Of a stretch of 64,000 nt of DNA, positions 26,270 through 35,800 are shown in pieces (position 1 is the stretch's first letter; each line of letters opens with the position of its first letter). Source of the DNA: Polyangiales bacterium. Its GTDB lineage: Bacteria; Myxococcota_A; Polyangia; Polyangiales; Polyangiaceae. The translations under genes and the position numbers were made by a program. The DNA is taken from assembly GCA_038230375.1 (NCBI GenBank), contig JBBRNJ010000010.1, positions 64,001-128,000 on the forward strand. Reading direction: 5' to 3'. The notes under the pieces were generated by a model. That model did no database searches. It saw only the letters and a program-made list of their open reading frames with translations, and was not told the origin of the DNA.

Positions 26270-27429
26270 GCGCTCGCCTCTTCGTTCGGCAGCGTGGCGC
26301 GCATCGTGAGCCCGCCGCCGTGCTGCGAGTCGATCACGAGCGTTCCCTTCACCTCGGCGAGACGCTCCTCCAGGCCCAAGAGCCCGCTGCCCTTCGCGAG
26401 CGCGCTCGAGCCCACGCCGTCGTCGCGGACGGTGAGTACGATGCCGTCGTCATCCACCACCTCGATCCAGACGTGCTTCGCGTTCGAATGGCGGAGCGCG
26501 TTCGTCAACGCCTCCTGCGCACATCGAAAGATGGCGTGTGCGCGCGCGGGGTCGGACAGGCGGAGCGAGCGCGGCAGCTTGAGCGTCACCTCGGGCTCGG
26601 TGATGCCGGCACACAGCGCGCGGAGGGCGGCGCCAAGGTCCACGCTGGCCTCCGAGCGCATCGTGCGCACCAGGCCTCGTACCTCTGCCAGCGTGCTCTT
26701 CACGGCTGCCTGCGCTGCGCTCAATGCTTCCTGCTTCGCTCCGGAGGCTTTGGCCTCGTTCGCGTCGCCCGCGCGCGCCGCCAGCTGGAGATGAAGGCTC
26801 GCCGCCGTCAATCCGTGGCCGATCGCATCGTGCACCTCGCGCGCAACCCGCATGCGCTCACCAGCCTTCGCGTCGTCCGCGAGCAGCGACTGCGTGGCGT
26901 AGAGCTCCGCGTTCACGCGCGCGAGCGCCTTTCGCGCCGTCGCCTCGCGCTCGCGAAGGTGCAACACGAGAAGCGCGAACAGCGCGAATGTCGCGTACTC
27001 CCCTGTGGCCTTCGCGGCGCCCGGCACGCCGTGCGAAGGCAGCACCATGGGGAAGAGCACCGCGGCCTGCACGATATCCCACGCGAGCGCACGCCCTGGC
27101 TTCATCAGCGACGGCGCCTGCGCGGACACCAGCGCGAACGCCGCGCCCTCGAAGTGGGGCATCCCCAGGAAGCAGAGGAGCACGGCGACCGCCGATTGAT
27201 AGAGGAGCAGCGCGCGCCGCCGCTCGAGCGACACACGAGGGGACGTCGCGAGCAGCAACGCCGCGGCGAACGATGCGTACGCGACACACCACACCACGGG
27301 ATGCCCCGACCCCACGTCGCCGGGCGCGCTCCGCAGAAGCGTCCACGAAGGCGAACCAACGACGAGCCACACGACGAGCCCCACGAGGCGTAGGAAGTCG
27401 TCGAGAAGCCTCCCCGCGCGCGAAACCAT
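26266..27429 (-). CDS. HisKA_3 membrane sensor histidine kinase
   Basis: N-terminal TM helices; ER.RVAREVHDAIGH H-box; QEALTNALRHS, DDGVG, GSGL.GL.ER; ATGA overlap with the regulator. Confidence 0.93.
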   Translation of the reverse strand: MVSRAGRLLDDFLRLVGLVVWLVVGSPSWTLLRSAPGDVGSGHPVVWCVAYASFAAALLLATSPRVSLERRRALLLYQSAVAVLLCFLGMPHFEGAAFALVSAQAPSLMKPGRALAWDIVQAAVLFPMVLPSHGVPGAAKATGEYATFALFALLVLHLREREATARKALARVNAELYATQSLLADDAKAGERMRVAREVHDAIGHGLTAASLHLQLAARAGDANEAKASGAKQEALSAAQAAVKSTLAEVRGLVRTMRSEASVDLGAALRALCAGITEPEVTLKLPRSLRLSDPARAHAIFRCAQEALTNALRHSNAKHVWIEVVDDDGIVLTVRDDGVGSSALAKGSGLLGLEERLAEVKGTLVIDSQHGGGLTMRATLPNEEASA

Positions 27430-27490
27430 CGTCGCCCGAGGTACTACGCGCCGTCCCCACGGTCCAGCGCAGCGCTTTTTTCGGGACCCA

Positions 27491-27517
27491 TGACTTTCGG
27501 CACATGTGACGTTTCGG
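27491..27517. promoter_or_regulatory. imperfect direct repeat TGAC(G)TTTCGG, candidate response-regulator site
   Basis: tgactttcgg at 27491-27500 and tgacgtttcgg at 27507-27517, in the divergent region just upstream of the -10 box. Confidence 0.35.
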
Positions 27518-27526
27518 GTCGATTCG

Positions 27527-27532
27527 TAGGGT
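27527..27532 (+). promoter_or_regulatory. -10 box TAGGGT, leaderless start
   Basis: 6 nt before ATG at 27539. Confidence 0.5.
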
Positions 27533-27538
27533 GGGCGC

Positions 27539-28012
27539 ATGAAAACAACTCGCTCGCTCCTTTCCTGCCTCCTGACGGCCCTCCTTCTTCTTGCCTTCGC
27601 GAAGAACGCCCGTGCGGACGACGCGCAGCCCGCGCAGACCTCCGGCGCAGCGGAGGTACGACCCCCGCAGAGCCCCGTGGGCGCCCAGCCATGGCAGCGC
27701 CGCAGCACGCCGCTGGTCGTCGGTGGGGTCACGGGCGTCGTCGTTGGCGTCCCGTGGACGCTGCTCGGCGGTACGGTGACCGCGCTGTGCCTTACTACGG
27801 CGCGTGGCAACCTCGATCCGCGGGCACCTGCGGACCAGGGGCACTGCTATTCGACGGTGGGCTTCACGTTGGCCGGGCTCGGCCTCGTCTCCGGGGGCAT
27901 CATCGGGATCTTGTACGGCTCGCAGCGCGTGCCCGTCACGGAGGAGCGATCGTCGCTCGTGCCCAGCGTCGCGATCGGCCCGCGTTCTGGCTCACTCACG
28001 TGGCAGTTTTGA
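27539..28012 (+). CDS. exported hypothetical protein, two Gly-rich hydrophobic helices, terminal Phe
   Basis: Sec signal ending ARA|DD; C-terminus GSLTWQF. Confidence 0.75.
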   Translation: MKTTRSLLSCLLTALLLLAFAKNARADDAQPAQTSGAAEVRPPQSPVGAQPWQRRSTPLVVGGVTGVVVGVPWTLLGGTVTALCLTTARGNLDPRAPADQGHCYSTVGFTLAGLGLVSGGIIGILYGSQRVPVTEERSSLVPSVAIGPRSGSLTWQF

Positions 28013-28053
28013 GCGTAGTGTCCGCATTCCTGCGGGCGGAAAGGCAAGCAGCC

Positions 28054-29079
28054 ATGAGGTTCTGGAAATTCACGCATATCGGTGCGCTCGCGCTCATGCT
28101 GGCGAGCTGCAACGGTGATCTCGATCCGAACGCACCGGCGTGGCAGCAGATCTCCACCGGTACGCTGTCGGCGCGCTGGGGGCAGGTCGCGGTGGATGAT
28201 CAGCGCCGTGATCGCATGCTCGTCTTCGGCGGTGATGACGGCAGCGCCTCGAACGCGCAGCTGGGCGATCTCTGGGCGCTCGACCTCACTGCGCTCACGT
28301 GGGACAAGCTTCACGTGCAGGCGGGCGCGGCGCCGTCTCCCCGCACGGACCTCGCGAGCGCGCTCGATCTCTTGCGCGACCGATGGATCATCATGGGTGG
28401 GCGCGTGGGTCTCGGCACCTCGATCGGCGAGACCTGGGCCCTGGACCTGAAGACGCTCGCGTGGAAGCAATTGCCGGATCTGCCCACGGCACGTCATGAC
28501 GTCCCCGCCACCACGGATGGCGGGCGCGCATGGGTGTTCGGCGGCGCAGGCGTGCTGTTCCAGTCGCTGGACGATCTGTGGGAGCTCGACTTCGCCACGG
28601 ACACGTGGACGCAGCTGCCGGACGACGGTGTGCGCCCACCCGCGCGCGGCTCCAGCTCGCTCGCGTACTCGAGCGGCTCCATCTACATGTTCGGCGGGCA
28701 TGACGTGGCCGTCGTCCATCGCGACGCATGGCGCTACGATCTCGCAAAGAAGCGCTGGTTCCAGCTCGAACCAGGCGGCGCTCCGGTCGCGGGCGCGCAT
28801 TTCGGCTATGCGACCGATCCGATCTGCAACGAGCTCTTCCTGTCCGGTGGCGACAACCTGGACAACTTCGATGTGGCGTTCACGGATCGGCTCGTGCTCG
28901 GTGGCTCGCCTCGGTTCGCCCGCGTGCACACGTCTGCCATGCCACCTCCACGCGATCACGCCTCGCTCATCGTGGACGGCGGTCACCGGCGCCTCGTGCT
29001 CCTTGGTGGCGGCTCCCTGGGTGACGGACTGGGGCTGCGCGGCGATGCATGGATATATCCGCTGGGAGCGTGCCCGTGA
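28054..29079 (+). CDS. Kelch-repeat beta-propeller lipoprotein
   Basis: Lipobox LAS-C; repeated FGG...DLW.LD....W Kelch units. Confidence 0.88.
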   Translation: MRFWKFTHIGALALMLASCNGDLDPNAPAWQQISTGTLSARWGQVAVDDQRRDRMLVFGGDDGSASNAQLGDLWALDLTALTWDKLHVQAGAAPSPRTDLASALDLLRDRWIIMGGRVGLGTSIGETWALDLKTLAWKQLPDLPTARHDVPATTDGGRAWVFGGAGVLFQSLDDLWELDFATDTWTQLPDDGVRPPARGSSSLAYSSGSIYMFGGHDVAVVHRDAWRYDLAKKRWFQLEPGGAPVAGAHFGYATDPICNELFLSGGDNLDNFDVAFTDRLVLGGSPRFARVHTSAMPPPRDHASLIVDGGHRRLVLLGGGSLGDGLGLRGDAWIYPLGACP

Positions 29080-29735
29080 GCGCGCGCGGAGCCGTTCGCA
29101 CGCTAGCTCGCGTGCTCGCGTGGTCGGTGGCGCTTCTCCCCCTCGCGGGCTGCTACTCGTTCTCCAACTTCGGGCGCGCACGCGTGGTGGATGAAGGGCA
29201 CGTGGAAGCGTGGGTTGCGCCCGAGGCGCTCATGGCGACCAGCGGCAGCGGCATGTCCATCCGGCCCATCGCTGACATGGGTGTCCGTTACGGCCTCACG
29301 CGCTCTGTCGAGCTGGATGCACGCGTGACGTCTGCCGGGGGAGCCCTGGGGCCAAAGCTGCAGCTCTTGCGAGCACCCTCGCGTTCGTCGGGACTGGATC
29401 TGGCGCTCGCGCCCGCGCTGTCGTTCACGTACGCGGACAAGGTGGCAGCGGAGCTCCCGCTCCTTCTGGGCATCAACCTGCCGCACAGGAACCAGCTCGT
29501 ACTGGCGCCACGCGTCGCCTACCTGCAGCGCTTCGGCGTGCCCGGCTTCGATCGGCCAGTGAGCTTTGCATTCGTGGGCGGTTCGCTCGGCTTCGCATGG
29601 TCCGTCACGCCCAGCTTCACGCTCATGCCGGAGCTGTCGTTCCTGACGCAGCTCTATGCCGAGCCTGGGTTCAACAGCAACGTGGGCGGGGGCCTGGGCA
29701 TGCAGGGCGGCATCGGCTTCCTGTACGACCTCTGA
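29076..29735 (+). CDS. outer-membrane beta-barrel-type lipoprotein
   Basis: GTGA overlap; lipobox LAG-C; alternating amphipathic strands ending GGIGFLYDL. Confidence 0.75.
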   Translation: MSARGAVRTLARVLAWSVALLPLAGCYSFSNFGRARVVDEGHVEAWVAPEALMATSGSGMSIRPIADMGVRYGLTRSVELDARVTSAGGALGPKLQLLRAPSRSSGLDLALAPALSFTYADKVAAELPLLLGINLPHRNQLVLAPRVAYLQRFGVPGFDRPVSFAFVGGSLGFAWSVTPSFTLMPELSFLTQLYAEPGFNSNVGGGLGMQGGIGFLYDL

Positions 29736-29747
29736 GTCTACGCGCGA

Positions 29748-30374
29748 TCAGCGGCGAATCAGGCCGTGCTCCTCGCGGATGGCTGCGTTCTTGGCCTCTG
29801 CACGCACGAGCGCCGGACGCGCGGCAAGGCGATCCATGTATGCGGAGAACGAGGGCCGCGCCTCGATCATCTTGAAGCCGACCATGAAGCGCAGCGTGCC
29901 GCCCAGGATCACGTCGGCCATGGAGAACGAATCACCCAGGACCCAGTCCTTGCCAACGATCGCGCTCTCGATGGACGCGAGCATCGCATCGTGCGCGCCC
30001 CACCCAGCCTGACCTTCCTTGTACGTCCAGCCCGCGCCCTTTGCCATTGCGCCCGGCTCGATGACGGACGGCGCGAAGAGCGACCAGCGCAGGTAGGCGC
30101 CGCGCTTCGGGTCATCGGCCTTGGGCGCGAGTGTTCCGTACGAGTGACGATCCGCCAGGTAGAGCCCGATGGCCGCGGACTCGGTGACGACGACGTCGCC
30201 CTCCGTGAGGATCGGCAGCTTGCCCATGGGGTTCAGCGAAAGGATGTCGGCGCTCTTCTGCGCGCCCTTCATCAGGTCGATGAAGCGGACCTCGTAGGGG
30301 ACGCCGACCTCCTCGAGCATCCAGACGACGGTAGCCGCGCGAGAAAACGGGTGATGGTAGAGGACGATCGACAT
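29748..30374 (-). CDS. glutathione S-transferase family protein
   Basis: SRA..V.W.LEE.G, NPMGKLP.L, ESAAI..YL, G..FS.AD. Confidence 0.95.
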   Translation of the reverse strand: MSIVLYHHPFSRAATVVWMLEEVGVPYEVRFIDLMKGAQKSADILSLNPMGKLPILTEGDVVVTESAAIGLYLADRHSYGTLAPKADDPKRGAYLRWSLFAPSVIEPGAMAKGAGWTYKEGQAGWGAHDAMLASIESAIVGKDWVLGDSFSMADVILGGTLRFMVGFKMIEARPSFSAYMDRLAARPALVRAEAKNAAIREEHGLIRR

Positions 30375-30409
30375 GGGACTCCGCCTTTCGGAGGGCGCGA
30401 GTGTACCAG

Positions 30410-30958
30410 CTATGCGGAGAGCAGTCGCGCTTCCACGAGCTCCGACTCCATGACCTTGTCGCCAACGGTGACGTAGAGCTTCCCGTCGTTCCGTGCGATC
30501 TCGAGCTTGAGCCGCCGAGCCATCTGGTCACCAAGCGCATCCAGAAACGCACCGTCGAGCAACCACACGACGATGTCATCGATCTTGTGGATCGGGCGAG
30601 TTGCGGCCTCGCGCTGCAGCGACGCGAGCGATGCGTGACTGAACAGCACGACGCGCCCCGCCGCCTTCGAAGCCTTGTGCAGGCGCTCGGCGGAAGGGGA
30701 GCCCACGTCGATCCACGCAAGGCGCAGGCCCGTCGGATCGTGAATGGACACAGGCGGCTCGTCCGTGTCGGACAGGCCGCCCTTGCTGAACGCGATGCCA
30801 TCCTCGTACGAGAGGCAATAGGCGAACGTGCGCGTCAGCATGTAGCGCATGCTCTCCGACGGATGACGCGCGATGCGAAGGTCCAGCGCCTCGTAGACGG
30901 AGCGGTCCACGTCCGACAGCGTCACTTCGAGATGGTAGATCGTCGGGGACTCGGCCAT
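30410..30958 (-). CDS. yaeQ: YaeQ family protein
   Basis: SDVDRSVY..L.L.IARHPSES, FSKGGLSD.DEP, WIDVG.P..ERLHKA. Confidence 0.92.
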   Translation of the reverse strand: MAESPTIYHLEVTLSDVDRSVYEALDLRIARHPSESMRYMLTRTFAYCLSYEDGIAFSKGGLSDTDEPPVSIHDPTGLRLAWIDVGSPSAERLHKASKAAGRVVLFSHASLASLQREAATRPIHKIDDIVVWLLDGAFLDALGDQMARRLKLEIARNDGKLYVTVGDKVMESELVEARLLSA

Positions 30959-31032
30959 GGGTCGCCACTTCACCACGGCAGCCGCGCAAAGTATTGCGCC
31001 GTCGCTTGACGAGAGCCGCTCCACGTTGTATT

Positions 31033-31062
31033 CAACCTGTAGGTTGTAAACCATTGGGTTTA
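31033..31062. promoter_or_regulatory. tandem AACC-N4-GGTT palindromes, candidate ArsR autoregulatory operator
   Basis: CAACC-tgta-GGTTG (31033-31046) and TAAACC-attg-GGTTTA (31047-31062), immediately before the ArsR ATG. Confidence 0.7.
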
Positions 31063-31068
31063 ATAAAG

Positions 31069-31437
31069 ATGACCACGAACGATCTCAGCGCCACGTTCTC
31101 TGCCCTAGCGGACGCCACGCGTCGCGACATCCTCGCCCGCCTCGCCACCGGTGATGCCACGGTGAACGAGCTCGCAGAGCCCTACGACATGAGCCTTGCC
31201 GCAGTCTCGAAGCACCTCAAGGTGCTCGAGGGGGCCGGCCTCATCTCGCGGGGGCGCGATGCGCAGTGGAGACCCTGTCATCTGGAGGGCAAGCCGCTGC
31301 GCGAGGTCGCGGAGTGGGCCATGGGCTACGAGCGCTTCTGGGCCCGCAACCTGGACAGCCTCGGTGCGTACCTGGAAAAGCTCAAACGAACGGCCGCGCC
31401 GCACACGACGAAAAAGAAGAGGAGAACTTCCCGATGA
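31069..31437 (+). CDS. ArsR/SmtB family transcriptional regulator (SRPBCC-associated type)
   Basis: FSALAD.TRR.IL..L, VSKHLKVLE.AGLISR.R.AQWRPC.L. Confidence 0.93.
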   Translation: MTTNDLSATFSALADATRRDILARLATGDATVNELAEPYDMSLAAVSKHLKVLEGAGLISRGRDAQWRPCHLEGKPLREVAEWAMGYERFWARNLDSLGAYLEKLKRTAAPHTTKKKRRTSR

Positions 31438-31922
31438 CCATGCAAACCCAGATCCCCGAAGCCGAACCCACCATCGTGATGACCCGCGTCTATGCTGCGC
31501 CGCGCGCGCTAGTGTGGGAGGCGATGACAAGACCCGAACACATCAAGGAGTGGTGGGGCGGACCTGGCTTCACGAATCCCGTATGCGAGATGGACGTGCG
31601 CGTTGGCGGGCAGTGGAAGCACGTGATGCGGTTCCCGGATGGCCACGAGCTCCGCATGGACTTCGTGTTCATGGAGGTTGCGAAGCCAAGCCGCCTCGTC
31701 TGGCAACATCAGGACCACGGCAAGCGAACGTCCGGGCCGCCGTCCTGCGTGCACACCGTCACGCTGGAGGAGGTCCTTGGCGGCACGCAATGCAGGACGG
31801 AGGCGCGCTTTCTCTCGATGGCGGACCGCGCTGCTGCCCTGGAGATGGGCTTCACCAGACCGATCGCGGCAAGCAACGAGCGCCTCGTTGCGTATCTCGC
31901 GACGATCCCTGTCCCTTCGTGA
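31434..31922 (+). CDS. SRPBCC/AHSA1 (Bet v1-like) domain protein
   Basis: [16 protein letters not shown]...WWG..GFT, MDVRVGG.W; ATGA overlap with the ArsR gene. Confidence 0.92.
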   Translation: MTMQTQIPEAEPTIVMTRVYAAPRALVWEAMTRPEHIKEWWGGPGFTNPVCEMDVRVGGQWKHVMRFPDGHELRMDFVFMEVAKPSRLVWQHQDHGKRTSGPPSCVHTVTLEEVLGGTQCRTEARFLSMADRAAALEMGFTRPIAASNERLVAYLATIPVPS

Positions 31923-31971
31923 GCGCGAAAGTCGTGGTTTTGGTCGTGACATCGCGCTAACCGCAGTGCGC

Positions 31972-32673
31972 ATGGGCGCACAGTGGAAGCAGAAGCACCG
32001 CGAGACCTCGGCCAACGCGAAGGGCCGCATCTTCACGAAGCTCACCAAGGAGATCATGGTGGCTGCGCGCAATGGCGCGGACCCGTCGATGAATCCGCGG
32101 CTGCGCATGGCGGTCGACGCGGCGAAGAAGGCGTCCATGACGAAGGAGACGCTGGAGCGCGCCATCAAGAAGGGCGCTGGACTTCTCGACGAGGTGCTGA
32201 ACTTCGAGGTCGTCACGTATGAGGGCTTCGCACCGCACCAGGTCCCGGTGATCGTGGAGTGCCTGACCGAGAACCGGAATCGCACCTCGTCGTCGATGCG
32301 CATCCTCTTCCGCAAAGGGCAGCAGGGCGCTGCTGGCTCGGTGTCGTGGGACTTCAACCGCCTGGGCGCGGTGGAGGCATCTCCGCCCGCTGGTGCTGCG
32401 GTGGACGCAGAGGAGGCCGCGATCGAGTGTGGCGCCGACGACCTGGAGCCCGCAGAGGACGGAGCCACACGCTTCTTCACGCAACCCACCGATCTGGATC
32501 TCGTGAGCAAGGCGCTCACCGAGCGCAAGTGGACCGTCACATCCGCCCAGCAGATCTGGAAGGCGAAGAACCCCGTGACGCTGGGCGACACCGAGCGCGC
32601 CGACGTGGAGTCCTTCCTCACCGCGCTCGACGACGATGATGACGTGCAGAACCTGTACGTCGGCCTCCCCTGA
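31972..32673 (+). CDS. yebC: YebC/PmpR family protein
   Basis: [47 protein letters not shown]. Confidence 0.95.
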   Translation: MGAQWKQKHRETSANAKGRIFTKLTKEIMVAARNGADPSMNPRLRMAVDAAKKASMTKETLERAIKKGAGLLDEVLNFEVVTYEGFAPHQVPVIVECLTENRNRTSSSMRILFRKGQQGAAGSVSWDFNRLGAVEASPPAGAAVDAEEAAIECGADDLEPAEDGATRFFTQPTDLDLVSKALTERKWTVTSAQQIWKAKNPVTLGDTERADVESFLTALDDDDDVQNLYVGLP

Positions 32674-32835
32674 TCACGGAAGCCGCGCCGCCGAGCGTCT
32701 CCTCTACCTCGAGCCGGCTGCGAAAGGTGCGGGGAGAGCGAGAAGCCGGACCCGCGCCCGCCCAACGAAGCCACTGCCACCCGCGATCGCGACCACCGGC
32801 AACGGAGAAGGGGCGGCGTCTTTCGCCTCGGCCAT
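32674..32835 (-). pseudogene. collapsed remnant of a YbjT/NmrA-like NAD(P)H-binding protein
   Basis: ATG overlaps the tamB stop (TGATG) and reads ...VVAIAGGSGFVGRA (Rossmann motif). Other frames then give LSPHL and RSRLEVEETLGG. Confidence 0.7.
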
Positions 32836-35800
32836 CAGTAGCGGTACCGCCAGAGGATGTCGGCCATGGAGCTGCCGAGATTTCCGAACGTGGTCGCGAG
32901 CGACCAGTTGCGGAAGAAGCGCCAGTCGATCGTCGCGAACGTCGTGTCCGGGTTCGTGCCCTGCGGTGGCGTCCCCAGGACGAAGGCGATCTGAAGCGAG
33001 AGATCCCGCGCGATCCGGAGCTCCACTTCTGGACGCGGGTTCGCCTGGCTGGTGTCGATCTTCGTGGAGATGTCCATGCCGGTGAGCTTGTCGATGCCCT
33101 TGTTCAGACCGCCCGTCGCAAAGCCACCCACCGCCGAGCCCACTGCCGTGGTCGTGTCAGTCTGCTGTTGCGCGTACGGTGTGGACTGCGCGCCGTCGGA
33201 CGAACCGAAGAGGATGAGCGAGACGATCTCGTTCTGCGGTCGCGGCGGCTCGGAGCGGAGCACGACCTTGCCCGTCTTCAGTGGACCGACGTAGTCCGCG
33301 AACACCTCTGTGCCATCGTTCGCCTTCCAGCTTGCGGTGAGGTTGATCTCGGGGTTCTGTGGATCACCAACGAACGTCGCAGTGCCCTTCTGGATCTCGA
33401 ACGGCTTCCCCTGCACCTCGAGCTTGCCACTCCGCAGCGTGATCTCTCCGCGCATCGTGGTCTTGTCCGCGATTTCCATCGTGGTGTCACCACCGAGCAA
33501 CGCGCGAAGATCCGTGCCGCGACTCACCTCCACGTTGCCCAGGTGGACCGCGATCTCCAGCGTTCTGTGGGTGTCCGTGGCGTTCTTCTTCCCGAGATCG
33601 TCGTGGGTCTTCCCCAGGAGCTTGAACTCGTGCGTTCCCGTGTAGACGCCCACGTGGAGGTTCTCTGGCTGCGGCTCCAGATCCTGCACGTTGCGCGGCG
33701 TGAGCTCTGGCAGCTCCAGGTGGAACTCCGGGATGTCGATCGTGACCTTCGTGTTCCCGGAGGCGCTCGTTGCCGCGGACATCGAGAGTCCGCCGTAGCC
33801 GGTGCCCAGCACGGAGCCGCCGAGCGATAGCGGCAGTGCGTCCTTCTTGGCGATCGCTAGCTTGAGCGTGGCGTCCTTGAGCGACACGCCGGCAAGATGA
33901 GCGCCGCCGCTGCCGGTGACCTTGCCGGTGGTGCCCAGCGCGACGAAGTCCGTGAGCGCGAGCGTGCCGTCCTCGGCGAGAGTGACCCTGGCGTTGATGC
34001 CGTGAAGCTCCTCGCCGGTCGCGGAGGGAACGACGCGCCCCTCATGAAGAAGGACGTTGCCGGACATGGTCGGCTCCTTCCCAAGCGCAATGTCGAGGTG
34101 GGCGTCTCCATCGATGAGCCCATCCAGTTCGTCGACGGTACTGGCGAGCAAGGGCTCGAGAAATGAGGCCTGCAGGTGCTTCGCCGCGATCGTGAGGGAG
34201 AGCGCGTCGAGCGGGGCGGGCTTCGGACGAAGCTCGCGTCCCCAGCCCATCGCCATCTTGCCCGTCAGCTCCGCGAAGCCCTCCTTCTCGTCGAAGCGGG
34301 CGTGTGCGTCGAGCATGTTGCCGTCGAACGCGGCCTCCACGGTCGCCTTGGTGAAGCGGGTTCGGCCAATCGTGAGCCGATCGGAGTGGAGCTTGGCGGT
34401 GGCCCGCGCGTCGTCGTGGTAGCGCGTGAGCACGATCTCACCGCTCACGCGCCCGCGGATGTCGCGATCGGATACCTCTGCGATCGAGCCCAGCGGAAAG
34501 TGGACCAGCGTCGCGCGCGCGGAGCCGTTCCATGCGGGATCGACGTTGCCTGTGATGAATATGCCAAGGTCGGCGTTCGCGTGCGCGGTCAGATGCAGGT
34601 ACGACTCGAGCGGGGAGCTGACATCCACAGCCATGTCAAATGTCTTGGCGGCGTAGCTCCCTTGTGCCGTGAGGTTCATCGGCTTTGCGTCGGGCATGGC
34701 CGTGAACGTCGCTGCGTGCGCGCTGGCGTCAAGGGCGATCACGGGAGCAAGGGCGGGGCCCTTCGCCGTCGCGTCCACCTCCACGAAGCCTCGCACCCAG
34801 TTCGGGCGCGCGATCAGCGGGAGCGTGGCGAGCTCGCGCGGAGGGACATGGAGGTGCGTTGTCATCGGCTGTCGCATGAGCGCGGACATGCCGTCCGGAC
34901 CGACCAGCGCCGCGTACGGCAGGTCCTTGCTCTCGACCTCCACTCTCACGAGGGTCCCGAGCGCGTCCGTGGCGCGCGCTGCGAGCTTGCCGGCGCCGCC
35001 CTTCACCATCACGTGCGCCGCGACATCGACGCCGCTCATTTCCCACGCGGGCTTCCCGGCTACACGGAGCCGGCGCGTCTGGAGAGACACGGAGACCTCT
35101 GGTGCATCGTCCGTCGCGGAGGCCCGCGAGCTGTGCACGGCGAACTCCAGCCGTCCCGCCAGGTCCACGGGCGGAACCATGTTCGGTGGAAGCAGGGCCA
35201 CCGCGCACGGGATGTCCACGCTTCCATCAAGCGACACCTCGCCCCACGACGATCGCCACGAGCTCTGCAAGAGCGGGCCTTTGCCGCCGACGTGGATGGT
35301 CGCCTCGTGTACTTTGACCTCGCCCAGGCCCGCGACAGTGGCGGTCGCGCGCCCGTTGATGTCACGACCGTGCAGCGTTGCCTCGCCCGAGACGGCGATG
35401 CCTGGTTGGCCATCCAACGTGAGGTCCGTGATGCTGAAACGCGCCGCACCGTCTCCGTGCGCGCCCGTGGTGCGTAGGTCCACGGCAAACGCGGCGCTGC
35501 CCTTCTTCAGACGGTCGTCGACACGAAACAGATAGGCAAGATCGTGGATGTTCAGACCGGCCGACAGGGCCTGCACCGTGACCACGCCACCCTGGCTCGT
35601 GAACGACCCTCGCAGCGGCTCACCCACGCCGGTGATCTCCGCATCGCGCACATCAACGAGGCCCCGGCCAACGCGCATCTTCGCGACGTGCGCGTGCATC
35701 GCGGTGGTCCTTCGCCGGAGCGTCACATCCGCATCGGTGAGCGTGGTCACCGCGCCGACGCCGACGGTCGCGCTGCCTTCCAGGCTCGGAGTCTCCACGC

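Noticed and set aside
26266..27810. Long N-terminal extensions in the ORF track (sensor kinase from 27810, DDAH from 15825, kinase from 43195, Kelch from 27490, 22873 ORF)
   Set aside because: They overlap divergent genes; shorter starts fit domain boundaries and -10/SD signals.
32760..32830. 'GCCACTG...GAAGG' as a cobalamin riboswitch
   Set aside because: Lies between convergent genes, lacks the other conserved elements, and is better explained as a - strand pseudogene.
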